From Thalia democratica (lineage: Eukaryota): 64,000 nucleotides of DNA. Shown here in pieces: positions 36,488 to 49,812 of this stretch (position 1 is the stretch's first letter; each line of letters starts with the position of its first letter). The stretch spans positions 73,904,001 through 73,968,000 of the forward strand of contig OZ241830.1 in the NCBI GenBank assembly GCA_965202585.1, read 5' to 3'. Made by a program: the position numbers and the translations under genes. The notes beneath the pieces were generated by a model, which was not told the origin of the DNA, ran no database searches, and was given only the letters and a program-made list of their open reading frames with translations.

Positions 36488-39400
36488 ATGGCATCAGCCA
36501 GCTTTCAACGGAGATTAGTGATCATTCTACTTTCGTTCATAACTGTCGAGATTATTTTCTCAATATTTGAGTTTAAACTTGTCGATAGAAGTAACGAGCA
36601 AACAATAAAGTTTCAAAAAGTTTTGGAGCCGAGCGACAGAAAACCAATGCTTAACGGATACGAAATAACTTGGTAGTCTATTTTTAAGTTTGATGACTTT
36701 TCACATAACAGTTCTTGATCTAAAAATATATTTTTATTTGACTATAATCAAATATTTATATACTTCAAAAAATTATATTCAAAATAGTTCAGAAAATTTA
36801 TTTTCTTCATAATACCAACTTTAGCACACTTAAAGTCGGAATACTTTTAATAACACTAATAACGAATATTTAGTAATTAACTTAACAATCTAAAAAATAA
36901 CCAATAAAGAGCTTAAAATATTATTGTAAAAAACACATAGGTTCTACAAGTCTGAGGGTATCAAGAGCGAGGAAATATTTTCCGACAATGACGTCACAAT
37001 AGCGGTCCACATGACGATAGACCGCCTTTATGATATCATAGAGGCCGCCGAAAATTGGAAGGGGCCCATCTCGCTCGCTGTGTTCGCCCCGGGGGAAGAT
37101 ATCGCGAGGTTGGAGTAAACCTGAGTTTTAAAAGTATTTATGTGTAAACAACTTTTCCTGTTTATTAGCTATAAATAAAAACTTTAACTTTTTATTTTCA
37201 TACAAACTTTATGTGTAAACAGTATTTCCTGCTTATTAGCTATATTAGAAACTCAAATTTTTTATTTACCTATAAACTTAATGCCAACTTATCATAATAA
37301 AACTGGTTGTGATTACAAAGCTTAACTGTGAGGTTAGTGTAATGGAAAATACGAGCTTGATTGGTTTCACCACCATAGTTTCAAAACAATGTTACAATAC
37401 GGTAGTTTTAATAAGAAAACTTGAGTCGTCTAATTTTTATCGGTAAACAAGTTTTGAACCTTTAACTGAGCGGCTACAAATATAAAGACCTATAAATTGA
37501 AAAAAAAGAAACAAAATAAATAAAAGACATTTATAACAACAAGTTTCTTTTCAACAAAGTATAAATACGTAATTAAAATTGTAAGTTTGATACTTGTTCT
37601 TAATGTTTTTACTAAGATAAAGCACTATTTTTTTGATTAGTCAAGTTTTGTTTAAATTTATAATGTATAACTAGTTTATTGAACGACAAAAAACCGCTCA
37701 ATATTTTTGGTCCTATTACCTGGTGTACGAAGAACCTTTCGGTTATCGAGTTGCACACCACGGATACCGTTTAAACTAGTCCAGGATTTAAGTTAAGGCA
37801 ATATTGTTTTTTCCGTTTATTAATTAAGTTCTTTAGACCTTCAAAGAAAAAAATCTACACTGTAATCGAATGGTTACTTAAACTTAAATAACAAGTACAA
37901 ATGATCTTTTCTAAGTGAAATTTTTTTTTTAAAGTATTAAAAGTAAAACTTATTAATAATAACTCACTTTAAAGTTGTTGGAACTTGGTATAAAAGGTCA
38001 AACTAACCAAATACATATCAGAAAACAATGCCATTAAAAGTTTAGTTATACTTAAATTTTAAGAAGAACTGCTTAAGTGCTCCAAAAAGTTTTTTTTTAG
38101 ATAAAAGACCTTAAAGCTTAAAAATTCATATGAGGTAATAAAAGTAAAAAATGCTTAAAAAAGGATACTTATCCGTGGTGTGCGACTCGATAACCGAAAG
38201 TTTTTTTCGTTCACCACATCCAAGGATCAAAATTTGAGCGCTGTTTGTCGGCCAGTAATCAATCTATTAAAATCAAAACCAATTTTTTTTCTTAATTTCA
38301 AAAAAATTACTTAAGTCTTCAAAGTTATTTATTTTAAATTTCAGAACACACAAAATTTAAGAACAATTTTGTTTTTCATTAATATAGCTCAAACGAACTA
38401 AAGTTTTAATTTTTTCATTTAATTAAAACCAGGCTGGACGACGCGATCGACGGGTTGCGCATGTGCTGGCCGGAAGTGAGGAGTCACGTGAAATTCCACG
38501 TCATCACTCTGACGTCATCACGTGATGAAGGAGAAGACCTCATGAAGACGAGCGGACAGTTTGTGTACCTCGGGTGCAGGGTTTGATGTTTTTAGATTGA
38601 TATTTTCTAAACCAGGGTTTCCCAAACTTTTTTTGTAAATGACACCTTTAAATAATTAAATTAAAAACGTCATGGCCCCTTCAACAAAATTACTCAAAAA
38701 CTACCATAAAAAACACCTCAAACATTTTTTTTTCGTTCTTCATCTGCAACTCGAGAAGATCTAGTGTAAGTTTCAAATAATGACCTCATGACCCCCCATC
38801 TTACCCCTTTGCTGCTCGTGGCCCACTTTGGGAAACCTTGTATTAAACTGACTAGCTTCTTTATTAAGCAGGGTATTTATCAATTTGCAGTTTAAATTAT
38901 TCAATGATTTATCACTTAAAATTTTCAAGCTAAAAAAACTTTGTACTAGAGTAAATATGCTATTTTAAATCGTTTTTATAAAAACTTCTTCTTTAGGTAC
39001 GTTTAAAAAACAAAAAACTTCTTATAAACTCCTCCTTGTAAAAATATACGTTTTTTTAATATAAAAGTATTTATTAACATCTTCTTTTTGTTTCATGATT
39101 ACGTATTATACTTTATTCTTTACCTTTTTAGTATATAACACAGCTTATGTAAGTGGTTTTACCTATAATCTAAGAACATACAAGTCTCTAACTTACCAAG
39201 ACAAAAAAATATATCAAACAGGACGTTTTGAGGCGGATGAAGAGGTACAAGTCCTCTTATGACGTCACTATGTACCCGCACAACCTGATGAGAAACGCGG
39301 CGCTGAGAGGGGTGCTGACCGGTCACGTGATGTCGCTGGACGCGGGAATGGCGCCACCTGTTGGATTGAAAGAAGAGTTGAACGCGCTGATAGTAAATGA

Positions 39401-41483
39401 AACTGATGAAAAGTTTGTTTTTCTATACAGATAATGTTTTGATTATACAACAACTAACATTTTAAGTTTTACACACCTGGGTGTTAAATAGTTATTTAAC
39501 TTTTATAATTGCTTAAACTTATTTTCTTTCTTATTAAACTGTTTTTAATTTTTGGCTAAATATGTTTATTTAAGTGTCGACTATAAAAAAAGTTACAAAT
39601 GTATGCAAGTAGTTTTATAAAGCTTAAATCTTAGCTTCCAATTCTAAGTGAATAAAATTTCAATGTAAATTTTAATCTAATTTTGTTGGTAATTTCAAAC
39701 AGAGCTGTTTACATAACTAAAGCAATCAAAACCAAAACACTTACTTATATTTTTATCGTACAAATACGCTATTTAAATTTAATTTTTTACAACTTTTATT
39801 ATTTGTTGTTTATTGAACGAAAAAAAAAGCTAAAAATAATTATTCCTTGGACCTGGTGTACAAAAATTCTTCCAGTTATTACGTTGTACAACACTTAGAT
39901 ACAGTTAAATGTCTTGTCCAGTATTTATTTTTTCATACGACTAACTAAGCATATTTTTTGGTTTAACACTTCTTTTTTAGAGTTAATAGTTTCGTAAAGA
40001 CACCTTTTTTTATAATATGGTGCCTTGTGCCTCAAAACAGTATTCTATGAAGTGTTTATACTAAACTAAAACAGTAAATTTTATAAAAAAATCTTTAGTT
40101 TATTTCCAATTTATTAACTTAAATACTTGAACCATCTTAAAACTCAAACTAAACAATTGTTTTTTAGAACTGCGTTTGTTTTACCCGTGTTTGAAATGAA
40201 AAACGAAATAAGGAACATTGAAGAGTTAATGGAAGAGTATACCGTTGGAAATGTCCAGCCATATTTGTATGTAAGAGTTGTTTTGTAATTTATTTATTAA
40301 ATAAACGTATATTAGACTCAATTTACTAGTTCTCTTCCCAAAAGTCCTAGTATTAGTTTAATTTTTAGGACACTTTGTTGTTCTTGGTTCATTTTATACT
40401 TTGACTTTTGTTATTTTTACAGAAATGTTAGCAAATAATTTTATCAACAAAACATAACTTTGAACCTTATTCAATTAAAACTACTAAGAGTGTTTGACAA
40501 AATAATTTTTTTAGAGTTCAAACGAGTTATTTTTAAAGACTTTACCTCATGCTTTAGCTAAAATTCGCTTAATACACAACTGTAAAGATTTTTTGAAAAA
40601 AGTTTATGCAGTTTAGGCAAAGCGCCGTCAAGTAAAGTAGTAGCATTTTGTCAAATCATGTACCGATCAAGTGCAATTTAAACAACTTTTCACTTATAAA
40701 CTTTATTAGAACGTTAAATTAAGGGTTAGTAAAACATTTAACGATATTTAAACGTTTTATACTTATGCTTTATCACACATTAATTTTAAAAGTATAATTA
40801 ACGACTAATGAACAGGAAACGTGCCGCGGGTGCCACAAGCCAACCGACTACCAAAAGTGGTTGAAAGTGTCGCAGGAGAAGCGAATAAGCACTTATGAGG
40901 TGGAGAAAGGGCCAGGGTGGGAACCTTTCTTCGTGATTAGTAGGAGGGCACCGGACTTCGACGAAATGGTGAGAAATTACGGCTTTGATCGAACCTCTTA
41001 CGTAAGTTTAATTTTTTAATCTTTTTTGATATATATAGGTTGATTAGTTTTATAAATTTAATAAATGTTCATGAGAAGTTAAAGTTTTGATCAATTTTTA
41101 TACGTGAGACTGTTTAATTTTATATCATGTATAAAAAAATAAACAACAAAAAAGCTTAATAAGTATCAAGGTAATAATCTATGTTTGAAAAGTAGAGATT
41201 TTTTAGTTTGATAAAACTAATTACTAATTGTATATTATTAAAAATTTATTTTATATAATGTCACAGTTTTAAATAAAATCAAAATTAGATTTGCCTTCTG
41301 CGAACCCAAGGGTACAAGTTCAAAGTTGTGGTGGGAAATTACTTGACCGTTAGAGGGCTGAGGAGCAGGCTGGATGCCAAATCGAAGCACATACGAAGGA
41401 TGAGAGACGAAGAAAAATTTCTGAACAGTTTTTACAGCGTGATGAAGGCGCGGTTGAAGCAAGATGTTAAAAGCATTTGCTGA
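36488..41483 (+). CDS. B4GAT1: Beta-1,4-glucuronyltransferase 1-like (GT49 family) type II membrane glycosyltransferase, ~391 aa
   Basis: Exons 36488-36672, 36941-37108, 38433-38580, 39222-39412, 40168-40270, 40816-41001, 41289-41483; phases match, total 1176 nt. N-terminal TM anchor; motifs DVTIAVHMTIDRL, NWKGPISLAVFAP, YPHNLMRNAA, TAFVLPVFE, CRGCHKPTDYQKW, WEPFFV, FDE..NYGFDR match the B4GAT1/LARGE GlcA-T domain. Orthology is not established. Confidence 0.85.
37138..37278. repeat. 70-bp tandem duplication
   Basis: tttatgtgtaaaca..tttcctg.ttattagctata x2. Confidence 0.8.
37674..37786 (-). mobile_element. SINE-like repeat, copy 4 (B4GAT1-like intron 2)
   Basis: Reverse complement tcctggac..gtatccgtggtgtgcaactcgataaccgaaaggttcttcgtacaccagg..gtcgttcaataaac. 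Confidence 0.8.
38170..38250 (+). mobile_element. SINE-like repeat, copy 5
   Basis: tatccgtggtgtgcgactcgataaccgaaag..aatttgagcgct..gtcg. Confidence 0.7.
38613..38840. mobile_element. hAT/Charlie-type MITE (B4GAT1-like intron 3)
   Basis: TIRs cagggtttcccaaa / tttgggaaaccttg; degenerate TSD ttctaaac/tattaaac. Confidence 0.8.
39806..39921 (-). mobile_element. SINE-like repeat, copy 6 (diverged)
   Basis: tttattgaacga..ggacctggtgtaca..gttatt..gatacagtt..gtccag. Confidence 0.65.
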
Positions 41484-43509
41484 ATTATTTTATTTAATTG
41501 TATAAAACGTGCTGATAATCTTATTTTAGACTTCATTCTTGGCAGCTTTTATGATGTGATGAAGTCGCAGTTGAAACTAAATGTGAAATGTGTCTGCTGA
41601 ATTATTTATTTATTTGTGTGATATTTAGTGTTATCAATGTTATGTTATATGTAAAGTTGTTTTGTTACAAAACTCATCAGTACGTGATAAAGTTACGGTC
41701 AAAAAAAATTTGAAAATTTTTGCTGAAAGATCTTATTTGTATGTCACCTAGTGTTGATGATGTTATTTTAGATTTCGATTTGAATAAAAACAAAAAAAAA
41801 CAGCTTTGATAAAATTGTTCAATGTTTTCACGTGTAGAGAACTATTTTATTAAATAAGTTTACAACTGAATTGAAATGTACAAGTTGAACAGCAGTCTTT
41901 TTTTGTTTTTTTTTACTGATCATTATGACTCTAGCTATCAATAAACAATTACTTAATCATTACAATTATCTTTTCTCTAATGCAAAACTGTAAGCTTACG
42001 TTAGCTGCAAAAAAATTATTTAACAAACTGATTTCTTTACTTTATTGATTATGTAAATTTATTTTAGCTTTATTCAATAATCACTGAAAAAATACAATAT
42101 TCTCCAACAGTTTAGTTTTTTGCAAGTTTTGTATACAAAAACGTTCGAGAAAACTTTAATTGGTTTTCAGTTTCAGTCTTACAAAAAAATATATTTATGT
42201 TCTTTTTCTTTATAGAGTTTTTTACGAAATCAAGCAAATGTTAAATTATTTTTTATATGCACACAGTTTGAAAAACATATTGAAAACTTAAGTTTTTGTC
42301 ATATACTGTATTTATTGAAACATTAAAAATGTTGTATAAAATTGGAAACTAATTATCGATAGTTGTACTTGAAAAGCATTCATAGTAGTTTTATTTTTTT
42401 ATATAAACTTGTTAAAAAGTTTCACAAACTTACATTTATACATTTTTTTTACTTTACCATTTATCTGAAAAAAACTGTTGGTTGAGAAGCACTTTATTCT
42501 GCATTTTGTATAGAACTCTTTTAGAATTTTTAGTACTATAAGCTTGTTAATTATTTTCTGTTTTTTTTTTCAAGTTTAAACTTTCTAGACAAAACTTTTA
42601 AACTTAGTAAATAAAAACTTTTTACAACCTTATAATTCTAATAAACAAAGCTAAATTTGTTCACGGCTAAACTAAGTAGATTTAAGCATGGTGTATGTAA
42701 TCTAAATTTGTTTTTAATCCAAACAGATGCAAAAAATTTTGGATTTGTTTGAAATTTTTACATATAAAAGCGATTAAAATTTTGAACATTTTTCTGTCTA
42801 GATCTAGCCTTGTTATAAATTTTTTTACTTGTGTTACTATTTCAAATTTAGTATTTGATAATTTAATTCACCAAACAATTTTTTTATTTACTTTTGTATA
42901 TGTTGAGTTTTTTTTTTCGAAGTTTTGACCGTTTACAAAGTTATACTATATTAAATAAAAAAATTGCAAAACTTTAATGAATGAATGTTTACAACAAAAC
43001 AAAGATTAAGAATACAAAATTGTAAAAGCTTGTAGATGATGCACATATTTCTTTATGTCTAAATAATAAAAACGTAGCCATTTTAATTTTTTATGTGTTA
43101 TTTCTTTTCACTTATAAACAAAATATATCATCCTTATACATTAGCTTCTTAATATTAGATAACCAAGTAATAGTTCTTAACTTATTAAAGAGCTGAAAGT
43201 ATTTTTCAGACATAATCCAAGTAGTACTTTGTTAAGTATTTTTCAAAACTTAGTTCAGAAAAAAAAATTAGCTAACTACCGAACAATTAGATTAATTTTT
43301 CAGATTACATAAACGCACCTGTGTAACAAATGTAACATTTAGCAACTTACTTGCTTACAATTAACCTATGTACAATACTGTTTCGAATATTAGTTTTATT
43401 AACACGATTTTAAAAGCTTTCTTAAATTTAGCTGTCAGTAGTATAACATATAAATTTTTTAGCTTTTCGACTAGTGGTAAGCAAGTTTTATAAGGTACTA
43501 GATTTGTTT

Positions 43510-43800
43510 TTTGCGGGCCGGACTTGCTAAAAAAGGTCTTAGCGGGCAACTAAATTTTAGAAACTATATTATAAGAATTCAAAAAACTCTTCAACAGTAA
43601 AACTACAAAGAAAAAATCATTTAATAAGAACAACTTAGTACTAAAAACCGAACTAAGACCATATTCCTTTATAATATTTTCATAAAAAATCTGAATTTCA
43701 ATTAATTTGCACAAGATGTTTTTTATTCTATATTAGTACGAGGGCCAGATATTTCTGTAGTCTAACAGGATCCGGTCCGCGGGCCGTAGGTTGCCACCTA
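43510..43800 (-). mobile_element. hAT/Charlie-like MITE remnant
   Basis: Terminus-like ggtggcaacctacggcccgcggaccggatcc on the minus strand plus gcgggccgga at 43512; other end not clear. Confidence 0.45.
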
Positions 43801-44055
43801 TTTTAGACTGTTGGTTTGAACTTTAATAAATGTATACTTGATAAAGGACTTTTTATTAATTCTGTCGATACCTTAGTTATTTGTTTGAAAAATAGCCTAG
43901 AAAAGTCTGTGCTTTTTTTAATAATCATTAAATTTAACTTAGTTCCAAAAGTCGTATTATGACGTACACTCCTCTAAGTTGTTAATTGAATAAATTTTTG
44001 AAAAAAAAAAATAAAACAGAAGTTCAATCAATTTCCAAGTTTTCTTAAACTCAAA

Positions 44056-46076
44056 ATGGAAGTGGTAAGTCTTTTTAATGTTTAGTATTTTTAAAAATAA
44101 CAAAACTCATAGCTAATTTTAAAGTAAATTTAACTAACAAATTAACTTATTCATCTTACTATAGTTATTATTTTTTTAGAAGTAATTAATTGCTTGTGTC
44201 ACAGAAGTTTACTACAACTCAAACTAGTTTTTCTGTATAAACTTGTAGAAAGTCCTATATAAATAATCAAGTTGTCTATTTGTGTGAAAATGAACATGTT
44301 TACACAATTTAAAAAAATGTTGTCTTAATTTGTTTGAAGCATTTAAAATAAAAATTACAAAAAATTTTTAAACTTAATTACTATCGAAAAAAATAAAGTA
44401 AACAAAATTTATTTTTTTTTTATTTAGGATAACTGTACGTAAGTTTTTACAAACAAAAATACGCAATGTCTAGAACTTTAAAGTGACTTGCATATCTAAA
44501 CTTAGATTGATTGTAACGAAAACTACTTTTTTAGTAAGCCAGTCATTAGTAGACTATTGCGTCTAAATTTGACTGAGGTATCTACATTTGACCACTTAAA
44601 ATTCGAAAGTAAAACACAGTTTTAAGGTTCTTACCGCGGAAAGTTCAAACGGATTCGAAAACTTCTTTCAACGGTCTTTAAATGTTAATAGAAACGTGTA
44701 AATTCAATAAGGATGAGCATATTAAAAAATTTTTGACTAGTCTTCCTTGTTTGGATCATTAGAACTAACGTCCTATTTTTTGTATGTCGCAAATAAAATT
44801 GTATTTAGTGTATCGATAGTGAAGATCAAATGTTTGATTTAATTATTATTTTTATACTTTAATTTTACACACTAAAAAAGTGTTTTGCTTATATAAAAAT
44901 AAATCAAAAACTATAGGTTTAACTTTAAACTTTATAAAACTAAAAAAATATACACAAAATTAAGTTTTAAAATACTTACACTGTCTTGTTCAATGACATC
45001 TTGATTGTTTTTTGTTATATAAGAAGGAGTTTTATGTAGTCTACGTTTACTTGTCTTCTTCATTTAAGCTACTAACCTTACTTTTGTCAATTAGATTGAA
45101 TACTTTTTACTTGCCTTCATGCATCATATAGCAGAAATTTAAATTTTCTCTCAATTAACTAAACTAAAAAAATAGGTATCTTAACTTTTAACGATATCTT
45201 AGTCAAAGAGAATTACAATATTCTGTAATCAAGTAGTTTTTTAATCAGCAGCATTCATAAAAATATCAATTCGAGAGCTTTTAGTCCACTCTTGTAAAAA
45301 AAATGCTTAAATTTTTTTTTTGTATCTTTGTCTATCTGTAAAATTTAACCACTAGTAATTCTAAACTTAAAATTTTATTTTATCAGATATTGTTTAAATT
45401 TTCCCAAAGTAATCTTTTTACTTTAATATTTTTATTGTTAACTAAAAACTTTTCTACAAACAGAAATCAAACCAGTTTTACGGCGACCTGAGCATCGCCA
45501 CCAAGTGTCGCCCCATCGGCAGCGAGATCATGATGTCACAATCGTCGTCGAAATCATCTATGACGTCGCAGTCTTTGTCCGGCTCGTCCTCGTCATCCGG
45601 GTCCACCACTTCCCTTCTCCTCACCGATTCTCACCACCACATGGCGCTAGATCGGAGCATGAACGACGTGGTGGAAGTTATCGAGAAATGGACCTGCGAG
45701 AACGACACCTCCCTGCTGCTGGCCATGGCTTTAAACTCTTCGCAGGAGGATTTCGACACGAGCAAGGTGGACCAACACTATTTTCGCAGGTCAGTTTTGT
45801 TGAAAAAATGTTTGATACAAACTGGAAGCAGTAAAAATTTGTACAATTTTTTCGTATACTATTGTTTTCATTATAACCCTACGAAAATAGACTCACCGTA
45901 AATGTATAGTAGTAAAATAGATTTTATCCGCTAGGTGGCTGACGGGGATGCTGCACCATGGTGACACGGACCAGATGGTTGTCAGGAAAGTGGTCCAGGC
46001 AGGATATTTGTTGGGGGACAGGGGGTTGCTATGGAGGCTGCATGACAACGTGCACAACTTTAAAGTTCTTTTCTGA
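44056..46076 (+). CDS. Uncharacterised protein with a Ser-rich tract (last two exons firm, 5' exons tentative)
   Basis: GC-rich exons 45464-45789 (acceptor aaacag, donor AG|gtcagt) and 45935-46076 (acceptor ccgctag, TGA) join in phase: ...MMSQSSSKSSMTSQ...HYFRRWLTGMLHHGD...LLWRLHDNVHNFKVLF*. Tentative first exon aaaATGGAAGTG|gtaagt at 44056-44064 and tentative exon 44627-44683 or 44627-44695. Confidence 0.75.
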
Positions 46077-49000
46077 TGGGGGTTTCGTTTCGGGGGGTTT
46101 TGTGTTTTTATAAAAGAATAAATTGTTATAACCGTCACTTTATTTTTGTTATTTTGTTTATTTAAGCGAAAGTTAAAACGTTTTTGTTAGTATTTTTTAA
46201 CCATAAAGTTGCACAACCAAACAAAGTCAAGTTTAGTGTTAAGTGCATCATTTGAAATAAAAATATTTTAAAAAGATTCAGCCTCTTGCATTTTATTTTT
46301 ATGAAGTAACAACTTTTTTTTAATGTTCATGCATTTAAGTACAATTGAATCTACTAACTAACAACTTTCAATATCTTATTTGTTTAAGATAAAATCAGTT
46401 TTATAAAATTGAAAGTTTAAACTTAAGTAGTAAACAAAATTTTAATCAGTTAATTAATGTTAATCATGTAAAAATATTTTATAATTTTTAAATATGTTAA
46501 GTATACTACCCAATGTGTCATAGTTTACCTTAAATTTATAGCTACTGAGGGGTTTATAGTTACAACCTTTTTATTTTTTACACACACGAATCAAGTTGTT
46601 TGCAACAAATCACTTATAATTAACTTTAGTTATAAAATAATAAACTTATTTAACCTTTTATTGCTCGGCTTTCTTATTCTTCTTTTTTCTTTACTGAAAA
46701 ACTCAAATTAGCTAGCTATCTTCGTAAAAATAACGCAATACCACATCTTGATTTTTTTAAAGTTGAAATTTAGATTTTTATGAGTATATAAAAGTATATT
46801 CAGAGATTATATAGAATACAATAGCATTTACAAAAGTATAAGAACTACTTGTATAAGTATCAAATGTTTGATGAGTTTTTGTATTTAAAAGCTATAACTA
46901 GATTATTAAAATTAATGCTTTTTTTAAATAAAAACTCAGGTAATTAGTGTTTTTTACTAATAAGTTCTTTTTAAACTACGAACAAAATGTCTTAAAAACT
47001 TAGAAATAAAGGAATTTAAATAATGTCGTTAAAAAAATTGCCAAAAATTTATTTTATATAGCACATAAGAAGTTTTTATTTATAGTTTACTTACTTAAAC
47101 AAAAGCTTTAAAAATTATTTAAAAACTGTAATCGAGTAAATATTGGTTGAAATTATTTTTACTGTTTTTTAATTTGTCAAGGTTTTAAACTTTTATTTTA
47201 AATTATTTTGATATCTATAGTAATTGTTTAATATTTTTCTTGCTCAGTTGTAAAATACTAAAAAAATACTACGACTTTTTTTAAAAGGTTAATATAACAT
47301 TATAATAAAAATTTAAATAAAGCTTTACAAAAGCAACATTACAAAAAGTCATTTTTAAATAAATTTTACTTACAATTCAATTAAAAGCAATTCGTAAAAA
47401 TTTTATTTAAAAAAGCTTGAATTTGCTTATTTTTCACAAGTTTTTATAAAAAATAAAAAATAATTTCCGAGTCAGATACTTCTATGAACCGGGTTTGATT
47501 TTTTTTTGTGGACAAACTCCTGTTTAAACTAATATGAGTTTTACAGACATTATAAGCATATTTTTATATGAAAAATGAGTCTAACTATTAAAAATTAACT
47601 TAAAAAATTGATGTTTAAAATGAATCAAAGTCTTATTTTATAAACTAAAGTTTTGTTGCTTTTCTCTGAAAATAAAGCTTGTAATATTTTTTAAATATTT
47701 ATTTTTATTTCCGTTATCAAAATTTTCAACACACAAAACTAAGAAAAGAAAGCAATTAACTCAATCATACTTAAAAAATTTTTGTAAAAGTAAAAGGTTT
47801 TTTTTTAAGTGTAAAATAACTTGTAGTTTTTCCTTAAAAAAATTTTATGCTTTAAATTTTGGTAGCTTTTTATAAAAACAAAAAGAAGTTAACAAAATAA
47901 GTTTTTTTATATCAAACAGTATATTTAAATACATTAACTGTTTATCAATATTATGAGTTGTTTTAATTCAATTCTAAAATTTGTTATATAAATTTATACA
48001 AAATTCTTAAACCTTTTTTTACTAATCCATGTTTTTTATAACATCAACATTATCACTACTATTTGATTTATGTTTTCTTTTTACTTCAACTACAGAGCGA
48101 TTTTTACTATCATAGGGGAAAAGTAAGTGAGAGGCCAAAATTTAACTAGGTAACCAACCAGTACAGGTACATAGTAATAAATAAGAGGGAGGATTATTTG
48201 ATAATATTGTACCGAGAGGGGTATTATGAAGTTATGTTTGAGTAACCGTATTACTACAGATCAAGAAAAATTTATTCACAAAGATTTGACATATTTTCTC
48301 TAAACTAAAGTTCAACAAAATGTAAACACCAACTAGTAACTAGTAACAAATAACATTGTTTAACATTTTTTAACACATTTTTTCACTAAATACAGTAAAT
48401 AGATTGAAAAACCTTTGTATGATCTAATTAGCAATATAAGACTAACTTGACTTTTTTTAATCACTTTATTACCTTAATGAATTTCTATAGGTAAAGTGCC
48501 TCCTCACTTGTCCAGTCGGTTTTAGTTGGGAAGTAAAATTGTTTATTCAGCTGAAATCAATGTTTTAAGATAAATTTATTACTATTTTGATTTCAATAAA
48601 TAAGCAAGCAGGTTATAGTAATATGGTAATTAAAAAAAAATTTAAACTTGATTTTATAACTCGCACTTTTTCGTGTTGTAAAACTATCGAACCGAGAGCA
48701 ACTCAAAGTATTAAATTTTTAATTGCAATAAACCGGGTTGTTTTTCAGAATGTTGCCATCTTAAACCTTAGCATGAGTTTTTGAGTACATTAGCGGACGG
48801 AAAAACCAGAAACAATTACAGGAAGTGTTTCAAGAATTATCCGAATCCGTGAGTTTTATGCTACGAAACAAAAAAGTTATGACAAACAAACCATTATTCT
48901 TTCTTATTTAGAAAGAGTCAAGGTACTATTTGAAAAGTTTACGGCTTAACTTGTTTTTATTGAATTATTTTTGTCTGTTTTAATTCTTTGGTTCGTTGAA

Positions 49001-49509
49001 GAAAGTTAAAATAAATTAAACTTACAGACAATTAAGTATACATTTATTAATGGAATTGCATAATATTAACGAGGTAAACTATTAAAAGGAAGCGATATTT
49101 TGTATTTATCTGGCCAAAGACTAATCCTGCCTTGTATATAAAAAATGATTGTCCAACATTGCCGAATAAGAGGGGAAGTCAAAGTACTGTAAAACTAAAA
49201 CTTAAACCCTATCATGACTTGATTAGTTGCATTACCGCCTTAAAAGCTTTTATTTTTGGGAATTTACCTTGTACTGCTATTTTATTTTGATTAAAATGCT
49301 GCAATAAGAGGAACAACAACAACATAATTGTACAACTCGTATTGTAGAAAACTATAATTGTTTCTAAGACTAAGTAATACATTGGTTTTCTTCAACTTAT
49401 ACATTGTAAGTTGTTTATTATTGATAATTTTGGAGTTTATTTATAGTTTCTTCAGACATGTTTTTAAATTTTTCAAGTACTATGTAAACATAAATCAGTC
49501 ACTCTAGAC

Positions 49510-49754
49510 CAAGTTTCCCAAACTTTTTTCAAAGTGTCCCCTTTGAAGAAATTAAAAATCTAGGTACCTCCGGTATAATTTCTGAAAAAAAAAAATTGAA
49601 GACGCTTAAAACCTTATCTTTTGCTCTTTATCATTACCTTTATAATTTTTATTGTAAGCTTCAAATTGTAGTCTAATTGTCCCCTATGACAATTTTACTA
49701 AACAAGGCCCCCTTTAGCCCCTTTGCAGCTTATGAACTACTTTGGGAAACCCTG
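49510..49754. mobile_element. hAT/Charlie-type MITE
   Basis: TIRs caagtttcccaaa / tttgggaaaccctg; TSD ctctagac/ctgtagac. Confidence 0.8.
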
Positions 49755-49812
49755 CTGTAGACTATTACAGCAAATAAAATTTTGGTAAAGTTATAAATGC
49801 TTTACTTAACAA

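Noticed and set aside
39286-39297. CTGATGAGAAAC hammerhead-like string
   Set aside because: No stem II between CUGAUGA and GAAA; it is coding sequence (L-M-R-N) of the B4GAT1-like exon 4.
45893-46138. Minus-strand ORF with a gtgagt donor at 45896
   Set aside because: Shadow of the plus-strand terminal exon, which has a matching phase, acceptor and GC3 bias.
48100-49300. Mildly GC-enriched region with exon-like 48749-48848 and LINE/piggyBac-like peptides
   Set aside because: Stops in all frames and motifs too fragmentary; could be a ZIP13 5'-UTR exon or TE debris.
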